Source: Desulfocapsa sulfexigens DSM 10523
GTDB taxonomy: Bacteria > Desulfobacterota > Desulfobulbia > Desulfobulbales > Desulfocapsaceae
Direction: 5' to 3'
Assembly (NCBI RefSeq): GCF_000341395.1
Contig: NC_020304.1
Location: 990,001 to 1,022,000, forward strand
Length of the DNA: 32,000 nucleotides
The notes under the pieces were generated by a model, which made no database searches, was not told the DNA's origin, and saw nothing but the letters and a program-made list of their open reading frames with translations. Position 1 is the stretch's first letter. Every line of letters starts with the position of its first letter. Shown here piece by piece: positions 24,308 through 32,000 of the stretch. The position numbers and the translations under genes were made by a program.

Positions 24308-24848
24308 ATGGAAACTCTCCAGGACATCATGACAACCCCGGTTCTCACCATCACCCCGGACGCTTCCGTAAGCCACGCTCTTGGAATATTTACAGACCGG
24401 GCATTGATTCAGATCCGGCGGGTAGAATGATTGACTATGCCTGGTCCATGCACAAGGTCATGAGCAGTCCCCCCCCTCACCGCTTCCGTTGACATAGATT
24501 ACCGGAGGCATATCCAATATGAGGAGGATTCACGAACTCTCCGGATTGAATTCATGAAGATGCAAAAATCCTTGCAGGCCACCGGAAAACGCGTAGCGGC
24601 CATTTTTGAAGAGAGAGACGCAGCGCGGGAAAGGGAGGACCATCTAGCGGATTACTGCCAGGATCAACTGCATTAAACATATCCTGGCCAATATGAACTA
24701 TGAAGGAAAACTTCCAGCAAAAAAACTTATTTCAGATCCCAAAATTGTTGTTTCAGGAATTGATAAGCTGCGTCATATGGAAGAACATTTGATGTCTCCA
24801 AAAAAAACTGCATGGTTAGGGACCGACATCAGCCAAAACGACCGGTGA
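24308..24848 (+). pseudogene. relic of a CBS-domain / polyphosphate kinase 2 (PPK2) gene with frameshifts, an in-frame stop and an internal deletion
   Basis: METLQDIMTTPVLTITPDASVSHALGIFTDR is CBS-like. After a frame change it reads GIDSDPAGRMID...HKVMSSPP. After the C8 run (24469-24476) and a further frame change it reads LTASVDIDY...YEEDSRTLRIEFMKMQKSLQATGKRVAAIFEERDAARERE (compare the PPK2 block Y..EL..LQ.EL.KLQ......G.RV.I.FEGRDAAGKGG). After another shift it reads TI(TAG)RITARINCIKHILANMNYEGK, which joins the P-loop-proximal GTIKRIT block directly to the C-terminal ARLNCI.HLL..I.Y block. Confidence 0.6.
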
Positions 24849-25746
24849 TATAATCCTCAGTCAGCCTGTGACGGGGATTGGTAAAAACTCTGTCAGTATT
24901 GCCGACCTCAATCAGATCACCAAGATGAAAATAGGCTGTCCGTTGGGAAACCCGGGCAGCCTGCTGCATATTATGGGTAACAATCACAATGGTGTATTGC
25001 TCCTGAAGCTCGGCAATAAGATCCTCAATCGTCGCAGTAGCTATTGGATCGAGTGCTGAACAGGGTTCATCCATAAGGATCACTTCGGGTCGTACGGCAA
25101 TGGCCCGTGCAATGCAGAGCCGCTGCTGCTGACCTCCGGAAAGGCCGGTTCCCGGCTGATCAAGCCTGTCACTCACCTCTTTCCACAACCCTGCTTTCTT
25201 CAAAGAACTCTCAACCACCTCGTCAAGTTCAACGCGTGTTGTTGCAAGACCATGAATCTTGGGACCATAGGCAACATTATCATAAATTGATTTCGGGAAG
25301 GGATTTGGTTTCTGGAAAACCATCCCCACCTGGGCACGCAGGGGAACCACATCCACCGCCTTGTCATAAATATCCAGTTCATCGAGAATTATTTTCCCCT
25401 CAACCCGGCAGCTGTCCACGGTATCGTTCATCCTGTTCAGACAACGAAGAAAAGTCGACTTGCCACAGCCGGAAGGGCCAATCATGGCAAGCACCTCATT
25501 ACGGCCGACATCAATGGAAACGTCACGGATGGCGTGCTTTTCACCATAATAGACATTGACGTCACGGCAGGTCATGCGCGCATCATCGACAAATTGCTGG
25601 CCGACGGTTGTTCGATTTTCCCGCTCAATCTTCTCCATTTCAGCAACACCTTCCTGAGCCATACTTTCAGCCCCTGAATAAGGGACATTGCCAATATTAA
25701 ACGCTGCACTCATTGCTTCCATATTCATCCCCAAACACCGGGGCAA
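24829..25746 (-). CDS. pstB: phosphate ABC transporter ATP-binding protein
   Basis: [18 protein letters not shown]...[20 protein letters not shown]...[33 protein letters not shown]. The ORF opens at TTG 25746. ATG 25662 or 25638 give a family-typical length, so the true start is probably one of these. Confidence 0.95.
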   Translation of the reverse strand: MPRCLGMNMEAMSAAFNIGNVPYSGAESMAQEGVAEMEKIERENRTTVGQQFVDDARMTCRDVNVYYGEKHAIRDVSIDVGRNEVLAMIGPSGCGKSTFLRCLNRMNDTVDSCRVEGKIILDELDIYDKAVDVVPLRAQVGMVFQKPNPFPKSIYDNVAYGPKIHGLATTRVELDEVVESSLKKAGLWKEVSDRLDQPGTGLSGGQQQRLCIARAIAVRPEVILMDEPCSALDPIATATIEDLIAELQEQYTIVIVTHNMQQAARVSQRTAYFHLGDLIEVGNTDRVFTNPRHRLTEDYITGRFG

Positions 25747-25779
25747 TTCTGCCCCGGCTGTTTATCAAAAAAAACCTTC

Positions 25780-26838
25780 TTATTTGCTTAAAACAAGGTC
25801 TTTAGAAGATTTGATATCAGAAGCAAACTGCTTACGCTCATCTTCCGGCATTGGAATAAGCCCTTTATCAGCAAGATATCCTTCTTCCCCCCAGGCCTTG
25901 TCACTGGAGAACTCTCCAAGAAATTCAGCCATACCTGGAACAACACCCATATGAGATTTCTTCACATAGAAGTACAAAGGACGGGAGACCGCATAGTTAC
26001 CTGCTGCAATATTCTCGAAGGTCGGCTCTTCGCCATCAACAATGGAACCCTGAATTTTATCACCATTCTGATCAAGAAAACTGAATCCGAATATACCAAT
26101 TGCCTTGGGATTTGCTTCAAGTTTTTGTACGATCAGATTGTCATTTTCTCCAGCTTCCACATACCCACCATCTTCACGTACGGTGTGACAGACTGCCTTA
26201 TAGTGCTTTGAATCTGTTTTCTTCAGAGCCGCTATCCAGTCAATCTTCTTGCAACCGCCTTCCATGGCAAGCTCAACAAAGGCATCACGGGTACCGGATG
26301 TGGGAGGAGGACCCAGGACTTCGATTTTGGTGTCAGGCAGGGAAGCATTTACCTCTTTCCAGGTCATATAGGGGTTGGCAACCAGCGTTTCACCACCCTT
26401 TGGATCTGGAACATCTTTTGCGAGAGCAAGGAAAATATCCTTTTTACTGAGTTTCATCTGCTCTGCCGTTTTGGCGTTTGCCAACACAATTCCGTCATAG
26501 CCGATTTTCACTTCAATAATTTCTTTGACCCCATTCTGCTGACACTTCTCATACTCGGAAAACTTGATTCTCCGCGATGCATTGGTAATATCCGGAGTCT
26601 CGATACCGGAACCGGCGCAAAAAAGCTTCATACCTCCACCAGAACCGGTCGACTCGATTTTCGGGGTTTTAAATTTTGTGGTCTTCCCAAACTGCTCCGC
26701 TACGGTGGTGGAAAAGGGGTAGACCGTTGATGAACCAACGATTGAGATATAATCACGACCTGCAGCTGCCTGCACATTTGAGACAGCGGTAACAGCAAAC
26801 AGAGATGCTGCTGTAAAAATAATTCCTTTCTTCAACAT
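25780..26838 (-). CDS. pstS: phosphate ABC transporter substrate-binding protein (PstS family)
   Basis: Signal peptide, then VGSSTVYPF...ESTGSGGG...GTRD... (PstS/PBP-like blocks). 352 aa. Confidence 0.92.
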   Translation of the reverse strand: MLKKGIIFTAASLFAVTAVSNVQAAAGRDYISIVGSSTVYPFSTTVAEQFGKTTKFKTPKIESTGSGGGMKLFCAGSGIETPDITNASRRIKFSEYEKCQQNGVKEIIEVKIGYDGIVLANAKTAEQMKLSKKDIFLALAKDVPDPKGGETLVANPYMTWKEVNASLPDTKIEVLGPPPTSGTRDAFVELAMEGGCKKIDWIAALKKTDSKHYKAVCHTVREDGGYVEAGENDNLIVQKLEANPKAIGIFGFSFLDQNGDKIQGSIVDGEEPTFENIAAGNYAVSRPLYFYVKKSHMGVVPGMAEFLGEFSSDKAWGEEGYLADKGLIPMPEDERKQFASDIKSSKDLVLSK

Positions 26839-26927
26839 TACTTTTCTCCTTTTGAAAAATATACGATTAACTACAAAATTTCATTCATATCCTCTTGTAT
26901 GACCTACAGGGCACCATATCCGCCAAT

Positions 26928-26960
26928 TGTTAGGTTAGGATTACGATCCTATTAGAGGAG
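26928..26960. promoter_or_regulatory. three 11-bp-phased TTAG/TTAC units upstream of pstS (candidate PhoB site; also contains a TAGGAT-TACG-ATCCTA palindrome)
   Basis: TGTTAGGTTAG / GATTACGATCC / TATTAGAGGAG. These have the same nnTTAGnnnnn register as the array at 30409-30452. Lies 90-120 nt upstream of the pstS start, in the 138-nt pstA-pstS spacer. Confidence 0.3.
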
Positions 26961-26976
26961 CATTACAACTCAACAA

Positions 26977-28251
26977 CTACCAGCGACGTTCGAATTTCTT
27001 TCGAAGGAAAACTGCCACTGCATTCATGGAAATAAGAAAGGCAAGCAGAACCATAATGGCAGCGGAAGTGCGCTCCACAAAGGCACGTTCCGGTGAGTCA
27101 GCCCAGAGATAAATCTGTACAGGAAGCACGGTGGAGGGATCGGTTACCGCCCCTGGTACGTCCACAATAAAGGCTACCATCCCAATCATCAGAAGGGGTG
27201 CGGTTTCCCCCAGTGCCTGGGCCATTCCTATGATAGTTCCGGTCATCATTCCAGGCAGGGCAAGGGGCAGGATATGGTGTGTTATGGCCTGCATCTTCGA
27301 GGCACCGACACCGAGTGCCGCCTCACGAATGGAAGGGGGAACCGATTTCAGGGAAGCCCTTGAAGCGATGATAATGGTGGGCAGGGTCATCAAAGTAAGA
27401 ACCAGACCACCAACCAGAGGAGCGGAGCGGGGCATTCCGAATACATTTAAAAATACCGCCAGCCCAAGCAGGCCAAAAACAATGGAGGGAACAGCGGCCA
27501 GATTGTTGATGTTCACCTCGATAAGATCTGTCCACCTGTTACGGGGAGCAAACTCTTCAAGATAGACAGCGGTGGCCACACCTATTGGAAAGGCAAGCAG
27601 CAGGGTGACTGCAAGTGTAAAAAAGGAGCCCACTGCAGCTCCTCGAATTCCGGCAAGTTCAGGCTCCCTGGAATCTCCTGCAGAAAAAAAAGTGGTATTA
27701 AACTTCTTCTCAAGACGTCCCCCAGCTACAAGCTGATCTATCCAGTACACCTGTTTATCATTGAGCCGCCGGTCACTTTCGGGAACATCCCGGGAAATAT
27801 AGCCCTTGAGAAACATATCCACTTCATCATCGGCGGGTAGCCAGACCTTCTGTGTGGAACCGATGATAGCAGTATCCTTCATCACCATTTTCTGCAGGAC
27901 ATAGGAGGCACCAGTACTTGCAAGTTTATGGAGATTTCGTGTATCACTACGGCCTTTCACATCGGGGAAAAGGCCTTTCATTGAATTTTTTACCAGCGCT
28001 CCATAATTTGCAGAGGAGAGATTGTCCACATCAAACTGCTCTGTATCAAAATGGATATCGAGAAGGATCTCGGCCTGCTGAAAAGCAGACCACCCGTTTG
28101 CTCCAATGGATACAAAAAGCAGCCCAAGAAAACTGATACTCGCAATAATCGCCCCAAGTCCAAAGAGCCGAAATCGCTTTTCCCGCCTATATCTTCTGGC
28201 AAGCCCGACATTGACCCTATCCATGGTGGATTCTTTTCTTTCTACCTGCAT
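26977..28251 (-). CDS. pstA: phosphate ABC transporter permease PstA (long N-terminal periplasmic loop)
   Basis: EAALGVGASKMQAITHHILPLALPGMMTGTIIGMAQALGETAPLLMIG (PstA EAA-loop region). 424-aa ORF. An alternative start at ATG 28224 (MDRVN) is possible. Confidence 0.92.
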   Translation of the reverse strand: MQVERKESTMDRVNVGLARRYRREKRFRLFGLGAIIASISFLGLLFVSIGANGWSAFQQAEILLDIHFDTEQFDVDNLSSANYGALVKNSMKGLFPDVKGRSDTRNLHKLASTGASYVLQKMVMKDTAIIGSTQKVWLPADDEVDMFLKGYISRDVPESDRRLNDKQVYWIDQLVAGGRLEKKFNTTFFSAGDSREPELAGIRGAAVGSFFTLAVTLLLAFPIGVATAVYLEEFAPRNRWTDLIEVNINNLAAVPSIVFGLLGLAVFLNVFGMPRSAPLVGGLVLTLMTLPTIIIASRASLKSVPPSIREAALGVGASKMQAITHHILPLALPGMMTGTIIGMAQALGETAPLLMIGMVAFIVDVPGAVTDPSTVLPVQIYLWADSPERAFVERTSAAIMVLLAFLISMNAVAVFLRKKFERRW

Positions 28252-28296
28252 CTTTCTACTCCTTCCAAAGCCTTATCCAGAAACCCCTGGCATAGA

Positions 28297-29688
28297 TCAT
28301 TCATATTCTTCCCGATATTTTCGTACCACGTAGAGGGCAATGACATTCAGGATTAGAGTCACGATAAAAAGCAGTAACCCAAGAGCGAAGGCAACCAGTG
28401 TTTTGGGGCTATCAAATTCCTGATCACCCACCAGTAAAGTCACAATCTGTACCGTCACCGTGGTTACCGCCTGCAGTGGATTTGCAGTAAGATTAGCTGA
28501 AAGGCCAGCTGCCATCACCACAATCATGGTTTCACCAATTGCCCTTGATGCCGCCAGCAGTACTCCACCCACGATCCCAGGGAGAGCCGCAGGAATAATA
28601 ACGTTCATGATGGTTTCGCTCTTCGTCGCTCCCAATCCATAAGACCCGTCCCGCATGGCCTGAGGGACAGCATTGATCACATCGTCGGAAAGCGAAGAGA
28701 CAAATGGGATGATCATAATACCCATTACAAGACCTGCGGCGAGTGCACTTTCAGAAGAAACATTGAGACCTAGCATCTCTCCGCTGTTACGAACAAAGGG
28801 AGCAACCACCAGGGCTGCAAAAAAACCATAGACTACGGTGGGTACACCGGCAAGAATCTCCATGATTGGCTTGGCCCAGGCACGAACTCTGCTGTTTGCG
28901 TACTCGGAAAGATAAATGGCTGACATCAGACCGATGGGAACGGCAACCGTGAGAGCAATCCCCGAAATCATAAAAGTACCGGCAAGTACGGGTACGGCAC
29001 CAAAACTCCCTGAACTTCCAGCCTGATCAGCACGCATGGCCATCTGCGGGCTCCACTTCATCCCAAAAAGAAAATCCGTAACCGGCACCTGCTGAAAAAA
29101 TCTGATGGATTCGAAAAGCACTGAGAGTACGATGCCGAGGGTGGTGAGGATGGCAATTGTGGAACATAGGACCAGGCCCAGCTGAATGATCCGCTCCACA
29201 TGGTTTCTGGCACGCATTTCAGGACGAATACGCATATAGACCAGTGAGGCGGAAAGCAGTGCCACTGAGAACATGACCACTCCGAGGGCAACCCGTCCGA
29301 TACGTTCCATCCCCTGATATTGAACCGCTGCCTGCTGCAATAGCGGATCTATGTCCCTGGCAGCAACATGGCCCGCAACCAGATTACGAAGGTCATTAAC
29401 CAGTAGATTCGATTGATCGGCAGACAGGTTATGCATTGAAGCAGGCAGGGTTTTCAGAGCCAGTGCAGTTAATATGGTATCCGAAAGAACCATCCAGACC
29501 CCGAATACCAGCAGGGCTGGAAGAACACACCATACTGCAGTGAGCATCCCATAATAACCGGGCCGTGAATGAAGGCTCCTCGAACCGCACAATCTGCCAC
29601 CAGACAACGAAAAAGCCCGTCGCTTTCCCTGCATATAGGCAAATGAGGCTATGGCCATTAAAATGATAAGAAAGAAAGAAGATGACAT
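28297..29688 (-). CDS. pstC: phosphate ABC transporter permease PstC (extended N-terminus)
   Basis: DGSYGLGATKSETIMNVIIPAALPGIVGGVLLAASRAIGETMIVVMAAG (PstC signature region). 463 aa. Starts 1 nt after the phoU stop. Confidence 0.92.
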   Translation of the reverse strand: MSSSFFLIILMAIASFAYMQGKRRAFSLSGGRLCGSRSLHSRPGYYGMLTAVWCVLPALLVFGVWMVLSDTILTALALKTLPASMHNLSADQSNLLVNDLRNLVAGHVAARDIDPLLQQAAVQYQGMERIGRVALGVVMFSVALLSASLVYMRIRPEMRARNHVERIIQLGLVLCSTIAILTTLGIVLSVLFESIRFFQQVPVTDFLFGMKWSPQMAMRADQAGSSGSFGAVPVLAGTFMISGIALTVAVPIGLMSAIYLSEYANSRVRAWAKPIMEILAGVPTVVYGFFAALVVAPFVRNSGEMLGLNVSSESALAAGLVMGIMIIPFVSSLSDDVINAVPQAMRDGSYGLGATKSETIMNVIIPAALPGIVGGVLLAASRAIGETMIVVMAAGLSANLTANPLQAVTTVTVQIVTLLVGDQEFDSPKTLVAFALGLLLFIVTLILNVIALYVVRKYREEYE

Positions 29689-29689
29689 T

Positions 29690-30352
29690 CTAATTCATCT
29701 CCCCGCGGACAATTTTCCCTTCTACGAGGTAAATAACCTCTTCTGCAATATTTTTAATCCTGTCCCCGATGCGCTCAAGGTGCCGAGCCAGCAGATAGAG
29801 ATTCACCAGACATTTTGCATGACCAGGTTCTGTATTCAACTCTCTTGTCACATCACGATACGCCTGGTTCCGCAACTGGTTCACCAATTCATCTTCAACA
29901 AAGACCCTCCTGGCCAGATCTGCATTTTCGGTAACGAGAGAATCCAGCCCCAGCTTAAACATACTGAGAACCATACCGAACATTGGCTGGTAATCTATGG
30001 TAAACTCCAGACTGGAATCCTTGCTGATAGTTTGAATACGCTTGGCAATATTTACGGCGTTGTCGGCGATGCGCTCCAGTTCATTATTTATCTTAATAAT
30101 AGCAATGAGGAGGCGTAGATCACTGGCCACGGGCTGGTGGAGAGCCAGAATTTTGAGACATTCCTCTTCCACCTCGATTTCCATCTCATCAATCTCCCAA
30201 TCGGAACTGATGATCTCCTGAAGCAGATCCGGATCTCTGCTCTGCATGGCAAGACTGGCCTTTTGCAGACGGTCTTCAACCATTGAACCCAGTACCATGA
30301 ATTTCTGTTTTACCTTGTCAATTTCCCTGTGAAACGTAAGATGATGAGCCAC
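29690..30352 (-). CDS. phoU: phosphate signalling complex protein PhoU
   Basis: Two PhoU repeats, each with an E..ERIGD/ERIAD motif (NNELERIADNAVNIAKR and ARHLERIGDRIKNIAEE). GTG start with AGGAG 8 nt upstream. Confidence 0.92.
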   Translation of the reverse strand: MAHHLTFHREIDKVKQKFMVLGSMVEDRLQKASLAMQSRDPDLLQEIISSDWEIDEMEIEVEEECLKILALHQPVASDLRLLIAIIKINNELERIADNAVNIAKRIQTISKDSSLEFTIDYQPMFGMVLSMFKLGLDSLVTENADLARRVFVEDELVNQLRNQAYRDVTRELNTEPGHAKCLVNLYLLARHLERIGDRIKNIAEEVIYLVEGKIVRGEMN

Positions 30353-30408
30353 AATAGATTCTCCTGAAGAATTCTTAAGTAATGTTCATGCTCCTTAGAC
30401 CAGATCTG

Positions 30409-30452
30409 TTTTAGAATCAGGTTAGAGTTTTATTCGGATTGCGTTAGGGGCC
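30409..30452. promoter_or_regulatory. four 11-bp-phased TTAG-type units in the phoU/phoB divergent spacer (candidate Pho-box array)
   Basis: TTTTAGAATCA / GGTTAGAGTTT / TATTCGGATTG / CGTTAGGGGCC, with TTAG at 30411, 30422 and 30444 (TTCG at 30433). Helical-turn phasing is what OmpR/PhoB-family tandem binding would need. Confidence 0.35.
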
Positions 30453-30549
30453 TTTTTTTTTGTTGCAGGCTCAAAATTGCCAGGTAGGATTAATTCAGTG
30501 ACAGAGGAATCTCCCCAAATCCTATAAGCAGACAATCAGGAGCCGCCCA

Positions 30550-31248
30550 TTGAGCAAAGCAAGTATCCTCGTCGTAGAAGACGATGCAGATATCCAGCAG
30601 CTTGTCAGCTATAATCTGATCAAGGCAGGTTTTAACGTAACCTGTGCCGACTCTGGTGAAGAGGCTCTACAGATCCTCGATCAGGAGCAGGTTGACCTGA
30701 TACTCCTCGACCTTATGCTGCCGGGGAAAGACGGTATAGAGGTGTGCACCATAATCAGGGCCAAGACCGATTTGGTCCAACCACCCATCATTATGCTCAC
30801 AGCGAAAAGCGAGGAAGATGACATTATCACGGGTCTCAGTTGCGGAGCCGACGACTATGTCACCAAACCCTTCAGTCCGCGGGTACTTATCGCCAGAGTT
30901 CAGGCACTGTTGAGAAGGAAGCAGGAAAAGACCATTCGGGAAAATCGTTCTGACAGTGAAAGCATTCATATCCATTCCATGGTTATCCACCCCGGTCGCC
31001 ATGAAGTTTTGATTGATGGCCAACAGATCCATCTCACAGCCACAGAATTCACCATTCTGGAACAACTTGCCGGACGCCCCGGATGGGTCTACAGCCGTCA
31101 GCAGATCATCGATAAAATCCGTGGCTATGACTATCTTATCACCTCAAGGGCCGTTGATGTTCAGATCTTTGGTTTGCGTAAAAAACTCGGTGACATGGGA
31201 AGTTATATAGAAACCGTTCGTGGAATTGGGTACCGCTTAAAGGAATGA
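30550..31248 (+). CDS. phoB: phosphate regulon response regulator (OmpR/PhoB family)
   Basis: Receiver ILVVEDDADI...DLILLDLMLPGKDG...MLTAK...GADDYVTKPF plus a winged-helix output LTATEFTILEQL...VDVQIFGLRKKL...IETVRGIGYRL. TTG start with AGGAG 8 nt upstream. Confidence 0.92.
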   Translation: MSKASILVVEDDADIQQLVSYNLIKAGFNVTCADSGEEALQILDQEQVDLILLDLMLPGKDGIEVCTIIRAKTDLVQPPIIMLTAKSEEDDIITGLSCGADDYVTKPFSPRVLIARVQALLRRKQEKTIRENRSDSESIHIHSMVIHPGRHEVLIDGQQIHLTATEFTILEQLAGRPGWVYSRQQIIDKIRGYDYLITSRAVDVQIFGLRKKLGDMGSYIETVRGIGYRLKE

Positions 31249-31333
31249 AAAAGTGTTTTATGGTATGAGGTCTTCAATCTGCTGTGAGACCAAGTGGCCG
31301 TTCTATCGTTAACCATTTTGCAGGTAGCTTTCT

Positions 31334-32000
31334 ATGAAAAACAGACGATTTTTCTGGCAGATTTTCCCATCTGCCCTCTTTATTATCATCATCTCGATTG
31401 GTGCTGCCGGCTGGTATGGAACACAACTGATCCGTTCCTTTCATTACCATGAAATGGAGGAAGATATTGGAGATCGTGCCTTACTGCTGCGCCCCCATAT
31501 CATACAGTTACTGGACTCCAACGATGACCAGCTTCAGGAATTCTGCCGCCAGACAGGGCGGGCTGCCACCACCAGGATTACGGTTATTGCAGGTAACGGG
31601 ACGGTACTCGCCGATTCCAATGAAGATCCATCTCAGATGGATAACCATAAAAACAGACCTGAGATCCAGACCGCAATCACAGGAAAGATGGATGCATCCC
31701 TGAGATTCAGTAAGACACTGAGTCAGAATATGCTTTATGTGGCTATTCCTCTGAACGACGACAACCCGCAGGATGGAGTACTCCGTCTTTCAGTATCAGC
31801 TGCAGCACTCGACGCTGTTATCGCCTCTCTCCATAAACAAATACTCTACGGTATCTTTTTTATAGCTCTTGTCGCCGCAGGACTTTCCTATTACCTGGCG
31901 CGTCGCATCAGCAGCCCCCTTGAAGAAATGCGCCGGGGGGCTGAACGACTGGCAGGAGGAGACACAGATCGTCCCATTATTATTAACGACAACAGTATTC
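31334..32000 (+). CDS. phoR: phosphate regulon sensor histidine kinase PhoR-like (N-terminal part; runs off the window)
   Basis: Not in the ORF track (no stop in the window). From ATG 31334 it reads MKNRRFFWQIFPSALFIIIISIGAAGWYG (TM1), then a periplasmic/sensor region with NHKNRPEIQTAITG, then TM2 LYGIFFIALVAAGLSYYLARRISSPLEEM (HAMP start). 85 nt downstream of phoB. Confidence 0.85.
   Translation, partial: MKNRRFFWQIFPSALFIIIISIGAAGWYGTQLIRSFHYHEMEEDIGDRALLLRPHIIQLLDSNDDQLQEFCRQTGRAATTRITVIAGNGTVLADSNEDPSQMDNHKNRPEIQTAITGKMDASLRFSKTLSQNMLYVAIPLNDDNPQDGVLRLSVSAAALDAVIASLHKQILYGIFFIALVAAGLSYYLARRISSPLEEMRRGAERLAGGDTDRPIIINDNSI

Noticed and set aside
24262-24492. 76-aa ORF after the rbr operon as a real gene
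   Set aside because: It is one frame of the frameshifted CBS-PPK2 relic and ends just after the C8 homopolymer.
1-32000. CRISPR arrays, tRNA/rRNA genes, IS elements, integrases, phage or defence-system genes
   Set aside because: No regularly spaced repeats, no tRNA-like GTTCGAATC-type arms, and no transposase, integrase or nuclease-like ORFs were seen on either strand. All long ORFs are accounted for by metabolic, transport or regulatory families.

Overview
This is a chromosomal window with about 29 intact protein genes. No rRNA, tRNA, CRISPR array, IS/transposase, integrase, phage or recognisable defence genes were seen. Gene content (a lipoprotein-type pentahaem cytochrome c, a perR-rubrerythrin-rubredoxin-like cluster, a Cache/PAS hybrid kinase, an LPIC-Cys motif regulator) suggests an anaerobic Desulfobacterota-like (deltaproteobacterial) genome; this is inference only.

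Gene blocks, left to right:
(1) a minus-strand operon of cytochrome c, a U32-like protein and a thioester-reductase-like SDR;
(2) a MOSC gene;
(3) a PhnD-like binding protein plus hybrid sensor kinase;
(4) ilvA, flanked by two decayed response-regulator relics;
(5) a STAS-PilZ fusion gene;
(6) pyrF and a fabI-like gene, followed by MFS, CdsA-like and CDP-alcohol phosphatidyltransferase genes, divergent from an RND/MMPL exporter, LolA-like, DUF1302-like and hydantoinase-like genes;
(7) perR, rubrerythrin and a membrane rubredoxin-like gene;
(8) a Pho regulon locus with the unusual order phoU-pstC-pstA-pstS-pstB, divergent from phoB-phoR.

I did not find a convincing new multi-gene system. The items most worth follow-up are:
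- the orphan STAS-PilZ fusion;
- an 87-nt strongly structured intergenic element with a strand-specific G-U pair;
- four gene relics hidden in apparently empty spacers (two receivers, a catalase N-terminus, a CBS-PPK2);
- a shared 17-mer in the perR and rbr promoters;
- 11-bp-phased TTAG repeats at the Pho promoters;
- a candidate lipid synthesis/export gene neighbourhood.
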